64,000 nt of DNA, from positions 3,025 to 67,024 of the IMG/VR virus record IMGVR_UViG_3300037840_000382; one strand, written 5' to 3'. The notes under the pieces were generated by a model, which was given only the letters and a program-made list of their open reading frames with translations, did no database searches and was not told the origin of the DNA. Source of the DNA: a virus. Lineage: Duplodnaviria; Caudoviricetes. A program made the translations under genes and the position numbers. Shown in pieces: positions 1-9,188 of the stretch; within the stretch, counting starts at the first letter, position 1, and the number at the start of each line of letters is the position of its first letter.

Positions 1-1
1 T

Positions 2-1402
2 GATCGCATAACTGCTGTCAGGTTCTACAATCAAGCGGTGGAAGCGCACAACACCGCGACCGATCCGCGGCATCTCACGACTAGCTACCAGCTTTTTTCT
101 TCCGCCTGCCTCGCCGATCCGACGTGGTACGAGGGACATTTCCAGGCCGGCAACAACAACTCGAACCTCAACCACTATGAGGCCGCGATTGCCAACTGGC
201 GGCTCGCTCTCCAGTGCGAGATGACCAAGGACGAGAAAGTGCGTGCTCTCGTCAACCTTGGTTGGCGGCTGCACTCGCTGGCGCGCACCGACGAAGCTTT
301 GCTCGCGACTGATGCCGCGCTCAAGCTCGACGATACGCATTTTCTTGGCTGGCTCAACATGTCGCTGATCCGGTCGCACCTTTGCGACAGCGTTCACATG
401 CAGGTGGCGGCTGAGAAGTGCTGGGAGCTGTGCCCTAAGGACGCGCCCGAGAACGCCAACTGCGAGATTGCGGTTGCGTTTGCTTGCCTGTTTAACGGCG
501 ATTACGAGCGCGGTTTCAGGCACTTCGAGCGCCGGTTCGAGTGGCGCTTGCCGCAGTTCCTTAAGTTTCCCTACGAGAAGTGGGCGGGTCAGCCGGGCAA
601 GACCGTGTTCGTGGCGGCGGATCAGGGGCTGGGCGACACGCTGTCCTTTGCGCGCTTCGTTCCTGCCGCCGCCAAGCGCGCTCGCTATCTTCACCTTTTT
701 ATTCAGCCGGCGCTCCTGCGGCTCTTTTCGCACGCCTTTGTGCACTTGCCGAACGTCAACCTGATCCCGTCACCGGCGCCGTTTCCGGCGGCCGACTACT
801 GGACGACGTTCGTAAGCCTGCCCTACGCGCTCGGGCTGACGAACAAAGATGTCACCAACCAGAAGCACATAGAAGCGCCCGTCTTTGGGATGCCGCGTAC
901 CTGGAAGGTTCCCGACAGGAAGCTGCATGTCGGCATTGCGTGGTCGGGCTCGCCCGCAAACGACATTGATCGCTTTCGCAACATACCAATCACGCAGTTC
1001 TTCGAGCTGCTGCGCGTGCTGGGCGTGCAGCTTTACTCGCTTCAAAAGGATGAGAAGGGCAAGGAGATGCATGACGCTGGGGCGGCTGGGTTCATCCGTG
1101 ATCTCACGCCCTACATCAGCGACGTGGCGGATACAGTGTCTCTCCTGCGTGACCTTGATCTTGTGATATGCTGCGAGTCAGCCCTCGGGCACATCGCGGC
1201 GCTCGTAGGGAAGGAATGCTGGATACCGTACTCGTGGGGCGGCCGTGACTACCGAGTCGGGCTCGCAGGCGAGAAGCTGCTGTGGACGCCGAAGCATCGT
1301 ATTTTCAGGCAGCTCCAGGGCGAGAGCTGGTCGAGCGTGTTCAAGGGAATAACGTCAGCGTTGGAGGATAAGCTCAATGGGCGATCTCGTAACGCAGCTT
1401 GA
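2..1402 (+). CDS. TPR-repeat + glycosyltransferase family 9-like protein (5' truncated by window edge)
   Basis: Frame is open from base 2. N-terminal TPR-like helices, then ADQGLGDTL, VGIAWSG and DLVICCESALGHIAA motifs typical of TPR/GT9 fusions. Confidence 0.85.
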   Translation, partial: DRITAVRFYNQAVEAHNTATDPRHLTTSYQLFSSACLADPTWYEGHFQAGNNNSNLNHYEAAIANWRLALQCEMTKDEKVRALVNLGWRLHSLARTDEALLATDAALKLDDTHFLGWLNMSLIRSHLCDSVHMQVAAEKCWELCPKDAPENANCEIAVAFACLFNGDYERGFRHFERRFEWRLPQFLKFPYEKWAGQPGKTVFVAADQGLGDTLSFARFVPAAAKRARYLHLFIQPALLRLFSHAFVHLPNVNLIPSPAPFPAADYWTTFVSLPYALGLTNKDVTNQKHIEAPVFGMPRTWKVPDRKLHVGIAWSGSPANDIDRFRNIPITQFFELLRVLGVQLYSLQKDEKGKEMHDAGAAGFIRDLTPYISDVADTVSLLRDLDLVICCESALGHIAALVGKECWIPYSWGGRDYRVGLAGEKLLWTPKHRIFRQLQGESWSSVFKGITSALEDKLNGRSRNAA

Positions 1403-1616
1403 AAGGGTGGCGACTCAGTTCGCTAAACAAAGCGAAGGTTTCGCGAAGACATCTACTTACTATATACAGGCTGATGCCGTGCGCGTTCTTCTGCAAGCGG
1501 CGGCGCGAGAAATAAAAAGACTGAACCGTGAGTGTCAAGACGCTTATGGTCTTTTGCAGGAGGCGACGCGAGAGATGGAGGCGACGCGAGAGCGTGAGGA
1601 GAAGCTCAATGAGTGA
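1377..1616 (+). CDS. hypothetical protein, paralog of 1609..1791
   Basis: Overlaps upstream gene end; shares DLVxxLE and LLQEA motifs with the next ORF. Confidence 0.6.
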   Translation: MGDLVTQLERVATQFAKQSEGFAKTSTYYIQADAVRVLLQAAAREIKRLNRECQDAYGLLQEATREMEATREREEKLNE

Positions 1617-1791
1617 TCTCGTGATGCGGCTTGAGACGGCGGCGGCTAAGTGTGATCAGCGCGTCAGGCAGCATATTGGAATAGGATACCCACAAGAATT
1701 GGCCGACATGCGCGAGCTTTTGCAGGAGGCGGCGACGCGGATCAAGGAGTTGGAGCGTGATTTGTTTAGAGCGCGAGGCGGGTATGACTGA
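1609..1791 (+). CDS. hypothetical protein, paralog of 1377..1616
   Basis: MSDLVMRLE...LLQEAATRIKELE; overlaps both neighbours. Confidence 0.6.
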   Translation: MSDLVMRLETAAAKCDQRVRQHIGIGYPQELADMRELLQEAATRIKELERDLFRARGGYD

Positions 1792-2131
1792 TCAAGACGC
1801 ACAGTTCTTCGCCGATTACCCCGATCGTCGGGCGCGCATTCGCTTGCCCGCGAAGGAGTTCGCGAAGAACCGCCAGCGCGCGGTAGGTGTCGTGGACGAG
1901 ATGGAGGCCGAGTTCAGGACGCTGGGCGACCACAAGCGCGATCGCAGGCGCGTCCTGGTATGGCGCGTGCCGGAGGGCAACCCGTTCTACGATCCCGCGC
2001 GCCGGCCGCTCCTCAAGATTCCCTTCCTCCTCTTTGCCGACGAGACCGTCGAGGACACCGACGAGGTGCTGCTCCCTCTGGTCCATCAGATCATGGTGGA
2101 TGCGGCGAAGGAACACGGGATGGTGCGATGA
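1784..2131 (+). CDS. hypothetical phage protein
   Basis: ORF with host-like codon use; ATGA overlap with the next gene. Confidence 0.7.
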   Translation: MTDQDAQFFADYPDRRARIRLPAKEFAKNRQRAVGVVDEMEAEFRTLGDHKRDRRRVLVWRVPEGNPFYDPARRPLLKIPFLLFADETVEDTDEVLLPLVHQIMVDAAKEHGMVR

Positions 2132-2289
2132 AAATCACCAAGACCGAGGCCAAGTATCAGGATAACCCGAAGGCGCTGCATAAGTGCGAGGGCTGTTCCA
2201 TGTTCAGGAAGCCGGATTTGTGCACCCTCGTCGAGGGCAGGATTTCCTCGCACGGGTGGTGCCGGCATTGGGAGAGGAAGGACAAATGA
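2128..2289 (+). CDS. high-potential iron-sulfur protein (HiPIP)-like, 53 aa
   Basis: YQDNP...CEGC-x8-C-x12-C with GWC motif; ATGA overlaps on both sides. Confidence 0.75.
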   Translation: MKITKTEAKYQDNPKALHKCEGCSMFRKPDLCTLVEGRISSHGWCRHWERKDK

Positions 2290-2609
2290 GCACTTGGAAA
2301 GCTGAAATCGAACGCATCCACGAACAAGCGCTAAAAAAATCTGGCATTCGTGCGTGGAGCTTTGAGGATACTTGTTTTATCGCACTTGCGCTGGCTGGCG
2401 AGGTTGGTGAGCTGGCTAATATTGTAAAAAAGCAGTGGCGCGGCGATGAACGTCCTGCGTTGTCTGTTGATCCTGCAGTACGCGCCGAATTGGCTGATAT
2501 TTGGATATATCTTCATTTGCTATCTGCTAGTCTTAAAATTGATATTGACGAAGCAATTGAAGAAAAATTACCTGCAATTCGTAACAAGTTTTTGCAGGTG
2601 CCGAGATGA
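2286..2609 (+). CDS. MazG-like nucleotide pyrophosphohydrolase
   Basis: LAGEVGELANIVKK...ELADIWIYL motifs. Confidence 0.85.
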   Translation: MSTWKAEIERIHEQALKKSGIRAWSFEDTCFIALALAGEVGELANIVKKQWRGDERPALSVDPAVRAELADIWIYLHLLSASLKIDIDEAIEEKLPAIRNKFLQVPR

Positions 2610-2821
2610 GTTGGACCCAGCCGGTCTATTCCTCCCACGTCGCCGAGGTTGGCTACGACAGTGACTCAAACGAGCTTCTCGTGACGTGGCAGAGTGGTCG
2701 TGTCAGCGCCTACGTGGGCGTGGCCGAGGAGCTTGCTGTGCAGATAGCGAACGCGCCGTCGGTGGGGCAGGCGCTCAATGCGCAGGTCAAGAACGTTTAT
2801 TCGCACCGCTATGTGAGGTAA
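2606..2821 (+). CDS. KTSC domain protein
   Basis: SSHVAEVGYD..LLVTW.SG..Y..V...PSVG pattern. Confidence 0.85.
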   Translation: MSWTQPVYSSHVAEVGYDSDSNELLVTWQSGRVSAYVGVAEELAVQIANAPSVGQALNAQVKNVYSHRYVR

Positions 2822-2929
2822 AAAGCGTTCATGACTTTGCAGCAATTGGTTGAAGCTTTGTACATGTTTTACCACAAGCCTACCGTCATAGGGCTTGAAC
2901 TGCCAACGCGAACCAAGAAAGGAAAGCTG

Positions 2930-3286
2930 ATGCCGAACTACGAGCTGCCGAACGACGAGATCGATACCATCACGATCAAGACTCAGAACACGGCTGGTAC
3001 AACCGAGCCGGTTCCGACCGGGGACGTGTTCTCGGTAACTTCCAGCAAGCCGGCTAGCCTCGGTACTGCGGTTGGGATGGACAAGGGTGGCAATCCCGCC
3101 ATTGTTCTCACACCACTCGTGCAGGTTTCACCGGGGATCACGGTCACCGTGTCTGACACGGCCGGATTGAAGGTGGCGACGCTGGTCGTGGATATCGTGC
3201 AAGACGTGACACCGAGTAACATCGTACTTGATACGGCTGACGCTACGCACGTTTCTCAGCCCGTACCGACTAGCCCCGGTCCCTAG
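2930..3286 (+). CDS. hypothetical beta-rich (Ig-like?) protein
   Basis: AAAGGAAAG RBS before ATG 2930; Thr/Val-rich. Confidence 0.6.
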   Translation: MPNYELPNDEIDTITIKTQNTAGTTEPVPTGDVFSVTSSKPASLGTAVGMDKGGNPAIVLTPLVQVSPGITVTVSDTAGLKVATLVVDIVQDVTPSNIVLDTADATHVSQPVPTSPGP

Positions 3287-3289
3287 TTC

Positions 3290-3559
3290 GTGGCTGACGA
3301 GCAGCCCAAGCCTCCCTCCAACGCGGAGTTTTTTCTCCGCGTTGCCGAGGAGATCGACCGCAACGTGGCTTCCGGCTTTGGCGGCGCGTTCGTCGTGGTG
3401 CCCCCGAAGGATTGCGGCAACCCGATCGCGACCGTCATCCTCGACGCGCGGCAGGACGGGATGACGTTCTGGCTGATGCTCAAGGCCAAGTGCGACGCGG
3501 AGTTGCAGGTGCTTGATGCGCAGCAGCGGCAGAGTCAGGCGGGGTTCTTGAGGCGATGA
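3290..3559 (+). CDS. hypothetical protein upstream of terminase
   Basis: Compact ORF between 2930..3286 and terL. Confidence 0.65.
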   Translation: MADEQPKPPSNAEFFLRVAEEIDRNVASGFGGAFVVVPPKDCGNPIATVILDARQDGMTFWLMLKAKCDAELQVLDAQQRQSQAGFLRR

Positions 3560-3659
3560 AAATTCGTATCGATCCGATGTGGGCGGAAGGATTCTTTTGG
3601 GGCTGGTGGATAGGAGCCACTGTTGTTGCTTTGCTGTGGGTAGTCTATATGATTGCCTG

Positions 3660-5582
3660 ATGCCAGGATGGTCCAAGCGCAAGCGCGGCGTGGTGGAAGC
3701 CGCCTTTTACCAGTTCCTCAACGCTTGCAGCATCGACTCGAAGGACGACGGGCACATCTGCCTCGGCGAGAATCTCTACGACGGGCAGATCAGGCTCATC
3801 ACCGAGATTTTTGACGCGCTGGAACGGGATGTTCATCGCATCTTTGTTCTGAAATCCCGCCAGCTTGGTATTTCCACTATCGTCCGTGCTCTCACGGTCT
3901 TCATGCTGGGCATCCACCGCGGACTCGCCGGTGCGCTGGTGTTCGACACCGCTCCCAACCGCGAGAATGCGCGCCAGGAGCTGGTCGCGATGATCCGCGA
4001 TCTGCCTGAGTCGATCAAGTTTCCTCACGTCAAGGGGGCGGGTGAGGGCAACCGCGAGGGGCTGACGCTGGAGAACAACTCCAAGATTTTGTTTAAGTCG
4101 GCCGGCGTCAAGAAGTCCAAGTCGTCGGGTACGCTGGGCCGGTCGATTGGCCTCGCCTTCGCGACTTTATCGGAGCTGTGTTCCTACGACAACGATGAGG
4201 GTTTGGAGGCGTTCGAGCAGTCGCTGTCGGACGTGAACCCCGATCGACTCTACATTTACGAGTCTACGGCGCGCGGTCCCAACAAGTGGCAGGACATGTG
4301 GGAGGAGGCGCGCAGGGACAAGGCGCATTCTTGCTGTGTGTTCCTCGGGTGGTGGTCCAAGCCGAGCCAGTGCATTGGTCGCGACGATCCCGACTTCTTG
4401 CGTTACGGCGAGCAGCTGCCGACCGAGCGCGAGGTTGCCAAGATCAGGCTGGTGCGCGAGCTGTACGGGCACGAGATTACGCAGGAGCAGCTTGCCTGGA
4501 TCAGGCGCAAGATGGACCCGACGGCTGTTTATGAGACGGATTCCGACACGACGACCGAGTACGAGGGTTCGACGACTCGCATCCAGGAACAGCCGTGGAC
4601 TGAGGACGAGGCGTTTCAGATCACGGGTTCGCAGTTTATTCCAGCCGACAAGCTCACGGCGCAGTATCATTACTCCGCCTCCGACCGCTTCGATCGCTAT
4701 CACTTTACGCCCGGCGACGAGTTTTCACGGATGATGGTGCACCGGACGAACTCCGTGAAGCTGACCGAGATGAAGGTGTGGGAGGAGCCCGATCCCGAGG
4801 GCGTCTATTGTCTCGGCGTCGATACCGCTTTCGGGGAAAACGAGCACAACGATCGCTCCTCGATCGAGGTGGGGCGTTGCTACGCCGACGGCATCGATCA
4901 GGTGGCCGAGTTCGCTTCGCCGCACCCGACGCCGCAGCAGTTTGCGTGGATGCTCGCGGCGATCATGGGCTGGTATGGTGGGTCCGAGAAGGCTGAGGTG
5001 CGCTATGTGCTGGAGCTGAACGGGCCGGGTCAGACGGTGTTCAACGAGATCAAGAGCTTGCGGCACCAGATCGACAATGGCTACCAGTCGCGGGAGATCG
5101 AGGAGAAGGGGCTTAAGAATATATTCCGCAACGTGCGCACGTTCATCTACACACGGCCGGACGGGATGGCGGCGGGCCAGAACTGGCACATGAAGACTAA
5201 CACTAATCTCAAAGTCATGTACATGAACCACTTGCGGGACTACGTGATTTCGGGGTTGTTCCGCGTGCGATCGACCGACCTCATCGAAGAGATGCGCACG
5301 CTCGCGCAGGACGGCGACACGATCGAGGCGCCGAGCGGTAAGAAGGACGACCGGGCTGTTTCTGCGGCCCTGATGGTGTATTATTGGCAGAAGGAGATCA
5401 GGAAGAACCTGATCATGCGCAAGCTCACGCGCGAGGCGGAGGCGGCGCGGCGGGCCTTGACAATGCAGGGGGCTCTGCAATTGTTCAACAAGAACAAGCT
5501 GGAGGCGTTCTTCGCCGAGAAGCAGCGTGCGCGAGTGCGCCAGCAGGCGGAGGCGGCGAGGTTGTCATGGCGTTATAGATGA
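3660..5582 (+). CDS. terL: terminase large subunit
   Basis: Walker A-like KSRQLGIST, Walker B-like ATLSE, coupling ESTA, RNase H-like nuclease GVD...DD; lies before the portal. Confidence 0.9.
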   Translation: MPGWSKRKRGVVEAAFYQFLNACSIDSKDDGHICLGENLYDGQIRLITEIFDALERDVHRIFVLKSRQLGISTIVRALTVFMLGIHRGLAGALVFDTAPNRENARQELVAMIRDLPESIKFPHVKGAGEGNREGLTLENNSKILFKSAGVKKSKSSGTLGRSIGLAFATLSELCSYDNDEGLEAFEQSLSDVNPDRLYIYESTARGPNKWQDMWEEARRDKAHSCCVFLGWWSKPSQCIGRDDPDFLRYGEQLPTEREVAKIRLVRELYGHEITQEQLAWIRRKMDPTAVYETDSDTTTEYEGSTTRIQEQPWTEDEAFQITGSQFIPADKLTAQYHYSASDRFDRYHFTPGDEFSRMMVHRTNSVKLTEMKVWEEPDPEGVYCLGVDTAFGENEHNDRSSIEVGRCYADGIDQVAEFASPHPTPQQFAWMLAAIMGWYGGSEKAEVRYVLELNGPGQTVFNEIKSLRHQIDNGYQSREIEEKGLKNIFRNVRTFIYTRPDGMAAGQNWHMKTNTNLKVMYMNHLRDYVISGLFRVRSTDLIEEMRTLAQDGDTIEAPSGKKDDRAVSAALMVYYWQKEIRKNLIMRKLTREAEAARRALTMQGALQLFNKNKLEAFFAEKQRARVRQQAEAARLSWRYR

Positions 5583-5587
5583 TTGTG

Positions 5588-5667
5588 GCGGCCCGCTGAG
5601 GATTACGGGTCTCTACCTACACGGAGAGATCGAGCCCTGGGTGACCTTGGTTTAGCCGGCGGGCCAC
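5588..5667. other. structured intergenic element (multi-stem)
   Basis: GGCCCGCTG/CGGCGGGCC closing stem with an inner GGTCTCT/AGAGATC stem. Confidence 0.35.
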
Positions 5668-5680
5668 CGGAGTCATTAAA

Positions 5681-6235
5681 ATGGCATTCAGTCTCCGCTG
5701 CCCTGACTGTCGCGGCAAGTTCGCGTGGAATCCCTGTAAGGGGATGCCCAAGAACTGCGTGCTGTGCGGCGCCTATGTGGGGCACGATCGGGATGACGAT
5801 GACATAGTCGTACCGTTCATTCGCCACGCTTCGACGACAGCGAGCGACAAGGTCTATCGTGATATGGAGCGTGGGTCGGAGCGGCGAGCCGAGATGGCGG
5901 CTGAGATGGCGGGCGTCCCTGTTTCCGAGATGTCGGGGCTCAAGATCACCGATCTCGCGCCGACGCGCCACGAGGGCGATGTGGCAGCGCCAGTGGTTCA
6001 TAACGTTATTACGAAGAACATGGATGCGATCCGTGCGCGCAATCCCAATGCGCAGGTGGGTTACTCGGCGGGGTTGGAGTACAGCACTGATGTCTCGGGT
6101 GGTCCGTTCCCCAATGCTGGTGCGCGTACGCAGACTGCGCTGCGTGGTGCGCACGCCGAGCGCATGGGGTGGGATAAGGTGGGCGACTTGCCCGCCAACG
6201 AGGTGTTGCAGCCTGGTTATAGGCGGCGCGTCTGA
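5681..6235 (+). CDS. zinc-ribbon protein
   Basis: CPDC...CVLC at N-terminus; TGATG overlap with the portal. Confidence 0.75.
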   Translation: MAFSLRCPDCRGKFAWNPCKGMPKNCVLCGAYVGHDRDDDDIVVPFIRHASTTASDKVYRDMERGSERRAEMAAEMAGVPVSEMSGLKITDLAPTRHEGDVAAPVVHNVITKNMDAIRARNPNAQVGYSAGLEYSTDVSGGPFPNAGARTQTALRGAHAERMGWDKVGDLPANEVLQPGYRRRV

Positions 6236-7959
6236 TGCTCCGTGTTCCCGCCGAGAAGCGCGCACTGCTCGCTTTCGCCAACGAGACGATCGAGCAGTGC
6301 CGTGTGAGTGCGGCTTCGCGCGAGGCGCAGTGCCGGCTTCTCAACGCAATCACTGAAACTGGGCGTTACGACGGGACCAAGTCGCTCGTTAACATGATGC
6401 ACCAGCATCTGGAGCGGTCGGCGGCGCATCTCTACAGCCCCGTGGAGTTGAAGTTCGATTTGGACTACGAGAACCTTTATCCCAAGCGTGAGATGGAGCG
6501 GGCGAAGGTGGCGGCGCGTGTGCTGACCCGCCAGTGGGATCGCAGCAACACGGACCTCCTGTTCGGTCTTGGCGTGTTCGAGGCGCTCAAGTACGGCGCT
6601 GCCATTCTCAAGCAGTTTGTGCAGGTTGAGGGCGAGAAGGAGACGCCGCGGTATTACCAGAAACTCGTGTTGCCGTGGCGATTCGGCGTCTACAACGAGG
6701 CCGAGAACGACATCAATAAGCAGATTGCGCTGTGCGAGACGACCGTGATGACGCTGGCCGAGGTGTGGCGGCGCATCTGGCACATGCCGGACGCGGACAA
6801 GCTTTACGACCGTATTAAGGCGCACGCGGCAACCGGTTCGTCGATGTCGGATATGACGAGTTACTTTCATCAGGTTCTGTCGGCGTCGCAGCTAAACACC
6901 GGGCTTCAGGGAGCGACTCAGCCGGCACCGGGTGGTATCGTACAGCTTGGCAACGATCCGAATTATGCGGTCATGGGGCCGCAGGTAATGGCGCCGGTCG
7001 TTAAGGTCCACGAGCTGTGGGTGCAGGACGAGAAGGATTACACGACCATCATCGTAGTCGATCCCGACATCGTCATCGCGCCGCGGTTTGCCAGGGCGAA
7101 CTTGCTGATTAAGGATTCTCGGCTTCAGCCTTATCGTATAATCCAGCCTAACGAGGTGACGAATTGGTTTTGGGGGCGCAGCGAGCTGACCGATTTGATT
7201 GAGCCGCAGGGTTTGCTGTCGGAGTGGTACGCTGACGCGCGACGTCTCATGGGTGTGCAGATAGACAAGTTTTTGGGTTTCGTTGGCGAGTCGGGGATGA
7301 CGGACGAGTTGTACTCGCAGGCGCGGATCGCCGGCTATTTGAACCAAGAGCGAGGGTCGGACATCAAGGATTTGACGCCCAAGTTTCCGCCTGAATTGTT
7401 GCCGATGATCCAGCACCTCGAGCAGAAGATCAACGAGTTGGGGTCGTTTCCCGAGATCATGCGCGGGCAGGGCGAGCCTGGCGTGCGGGCCGGCGTGCAC
7501 GCCGACACGCTGGTCAAGACGGCTTCGCCGACGCTGCGCGATCGCTCTCTTTTAGTGGAACGTCAGTGCGCCGATTCGGCCGATCTCACGCTGTCGATTA
7601 TGGAGGCGAAGGATGGGCGGTTTTATTGGACGAATGGCGACACGTTTGAATCGTGTGAAGAGACGCGCTTTCTCTTGTCGGAGCTGCCTGACGATTGGCG
7701 GGTGACGGTGGATAGTCACAGCTCCAGTCCGATCTTCGCGAGCGAGACCGAACAGCTTATTTTTGCTTCGCACAAGTCGGGGATCGTGGACGACGAGTAC
7801 GTGCTCGAGAACATGCACTACCCGAACAAGGAGGCGGCCAAGCTTGCGGCGCGCGAGCGCAAGGCTGAGAAGGCGCAGTTCATGCAGAAGCTTATGCAGG
7901 AGCACCCGGAAGTTGGGGAGAAGGTGTTGTTGCGGCAGGTAGGAGGAGGAAAGCACTAG
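6235..7959 (+). CDS. portal protein
   Basis: 574 aa after terL; IMRGQGEPGVRAG resembles podoviral portal motifs; synteny. Confidence 0.8.
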   Translation: MLRVPAEKRALLAFANETIEQCRVSAASREAQCRLLNAITETGRYDGTKSLVNMMHQHLERSAAHLYSPVELKFDLDYENLYPKREMERAKVAARVLTRQWDRSNTDLLFGLGVFEALKYGAAILKQFVQVEGEKETPRYYQKLVLPWRFGVYNEAENDINKQIALCETTVMTLAEVWRRIWHMPDADKLYDRIKAHAATGSSMSDMTSYFHQVLSASQLNTGLQGATQPAPGGIVQLGNDPNYAVMGPQVMAPVVKVHELWVQDEKDYTTIIVVDPDIVIAPRFARANLLIKDSRLQPYRIIQPNEVTNWFWGRSELTDLIEPQGLLSEWYADARRLMGVQIDKFLGFVGESGMTDELYSQARIAGYLNQERGSDIKDLTPKFPPELLPMIQHLEQKINELGSFPEIMRGQGEPGVRAGVHADTLVKTASPTLRDRSLLVERQCADSADLTLSIMEAKDGRFYWTNGDTFESCEETRFLLSELPDDWRVTVDSHSSSPIFASETEQLIFASHKSGIVDDEYVLENMHYPNKEAAKLAARERKAEKAQFMQKLMQEHPEVGEKVLLRQVGGGKH

Positions 7960-7982
7960 CCCCGATACTTTCGTATCGGGGC
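7959..7982. terminator. hairpin between convergent genes
   Basis: GCCCCGATAC-TTTC-GTATCGGGGC perfect 10-bp stem at the portal stop. Confidence 0.6.
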
Positions 7983-8071
7983 CGCTACTAAATAGGCATG
8001 GCCGGTCGCCACATTGCAAAATGCTAGGAGCATCAAGAGGCATTCGGTCTTCAAAAGGCATCACCTCTCTT

Positions 8072-8422
8072 TCAAGTTGGAAATCTCCCGTTGCCTCCCA
8101 TCATCGGCGAGATGATGTTTGGTCCTCGTGCGGCGTGCATGAGCGCCGGGTCAGTCTGCGCCATCTTCTGCCCCTCGGCCTGCATGCGCGCCTGGTGGAG
8201 TGCGCGCTCGATGTGAGCGAGCTTGCTGAGGCTGAGATCTTCGAGCATGACGCCGTGAAGTTCGGATGTTTTTAGCGCGATTGTCTGACCAAAATCGTCA
8301 GTGAAGTTGCCGTCCACATGCTCGTTGACAAATTGCAGTGCTTGGATCGCTTTTTCTTCCGTTTTGAACATCAGCGCCCACGTCGTAGCCGCCGGTCCGA
8401 AGCAGATGGTGAGGCAGTACAT
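8072..8422 (-). CDS. hypothetical protein
   Basis: ATG coupled (TGATG) to the HTH gene; AAAGGAA RBS. Confidence 0.7.
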   Translation of the reverse strand: MYCLTICFGPAATTWALMFKTEEKAIQALQFVNEHVDGNFTDDFGQTIALKTSELHGVMLEDLSLSKLAHIERALHQARMQAEGQKMAQTDPALMHAARGPNIISPMMGGNGRFPT

Positions 8423-8619
8423 CAGCGTTCCTTTCTGTTTGGTCTTTGCGCCCATCGCATCAGGTCGGAGTAGCGTATCCGGTAGCGGCCTCTTTCGCCT
8501 CCCCAACGCTGGTAGCGCGGTCCTCGCCCTGAGCGCAGTGCAAGATAGACGAATCGCGTGCTCATTTTGAGTATCCTGGCGCAGTCTCTGACATCGAGGA
8601 ATTGGTCTATGGATGGCAT
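8422..8619 (-). CDS. excisionase/MerR-like (HTH_17) DNA-binding protein
   Basis: FLDVRDCARILKMSTRFVY...YRIRYSDL pattern. Confidence 0.75.
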   Translation of the reverse strand: MPSIDQFLDVRDCARILKMSTRFVYLALRSGRGPRYQRWGGERGRYRIRYSDLMRWAQRPNRKER

Positions 8620-8744
8620 GCGCGCAAGGATGTCCTGATAGCTCCTAGAACTTCCATAACAAAGTCTATTGAGATTCACAAGGGCAGCGAGGATTCTTGA
8701 GCGTAACCGTGGGAATAGTTCCACGCGCAACCAGGAGAGTCACT

Positions 8745-8789
8745 ATGCTGACGTACAATCGGCGTGGGCGACGCGGCCGGCGCAAGTAA
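8745..8789 (+). CDS. 14-aa Arg-rich micropeptide MLTYNRRGRRGRRK
   Basis: AGGAGAG RBS just upstream of ATG; first ORF of the head operon. Confidence 0.5.
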   Translation: MLTYNRRGRRGRRK

Positions 8790-8804
8790 ACAGGCTGCCA
8801 CACA

Positions 8805-9188
8805 GTGCCCGTCACCCCGCAAGCTGGAATGCCCGGCGGCGCTCAAGTGCAAGCTCCCCCCATGGGCGTGTCGTCGGCGACGGGCCCGACGCCCAATAAG
8901 GGGTACGAGGCCGCCGGACTCCAGAAACTCGGCATGATCGTCGAACAGCTTCAGCAACTCGTCCCGATGCTCGGCGCCACGTCCGAGGCGGGCGCCGCGG
9001 TGCTCAAGGCGCTTGGCTCGCTTGCCAAGCACGTGCCGCCTGGGTCGGTGACGCCGGCTGGGCAGAAGAGCATGGCCGAGAACACCATGATGCGCGCTAC
9101 CCAGGCGAACCAGCAGATGCAGGCGCTCAAGCAGGGTGGTGCCGGGGGCGCAGGCCAGCAAGCCGGGCCGCAAGGGATGGCTGCATGA
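8805..9188 (+). CDS. Gly/Pro/Gln-rich head-region protein
   Basis: ORF in head operon; ATGA overlap downstream. Confidence 0.7.
   Translation: MPVTPQAGMPGGAQVQAPPMGVSSATGPTPNKGYEAAGLQKLGMIVEQLQQLVPMLGATSEAGAAVLKALGSLAKHVPPGSVTPAGQKSMAENTMMRATQANQQMQALKQGGAGGAGQQAGPQGMAA

Noticed and set aside
5596-5640. Hammerhead ribozyme (CTGAGGA matches CUGANGA)
   Set aside because: No GAAA after stem II and no matching stems.
8422-8619. Integration module implied by the excisionase-like gene
   Set aside because: No tyrosine or serine recombinase was recognised in the window, so lifestyle is undetermined.
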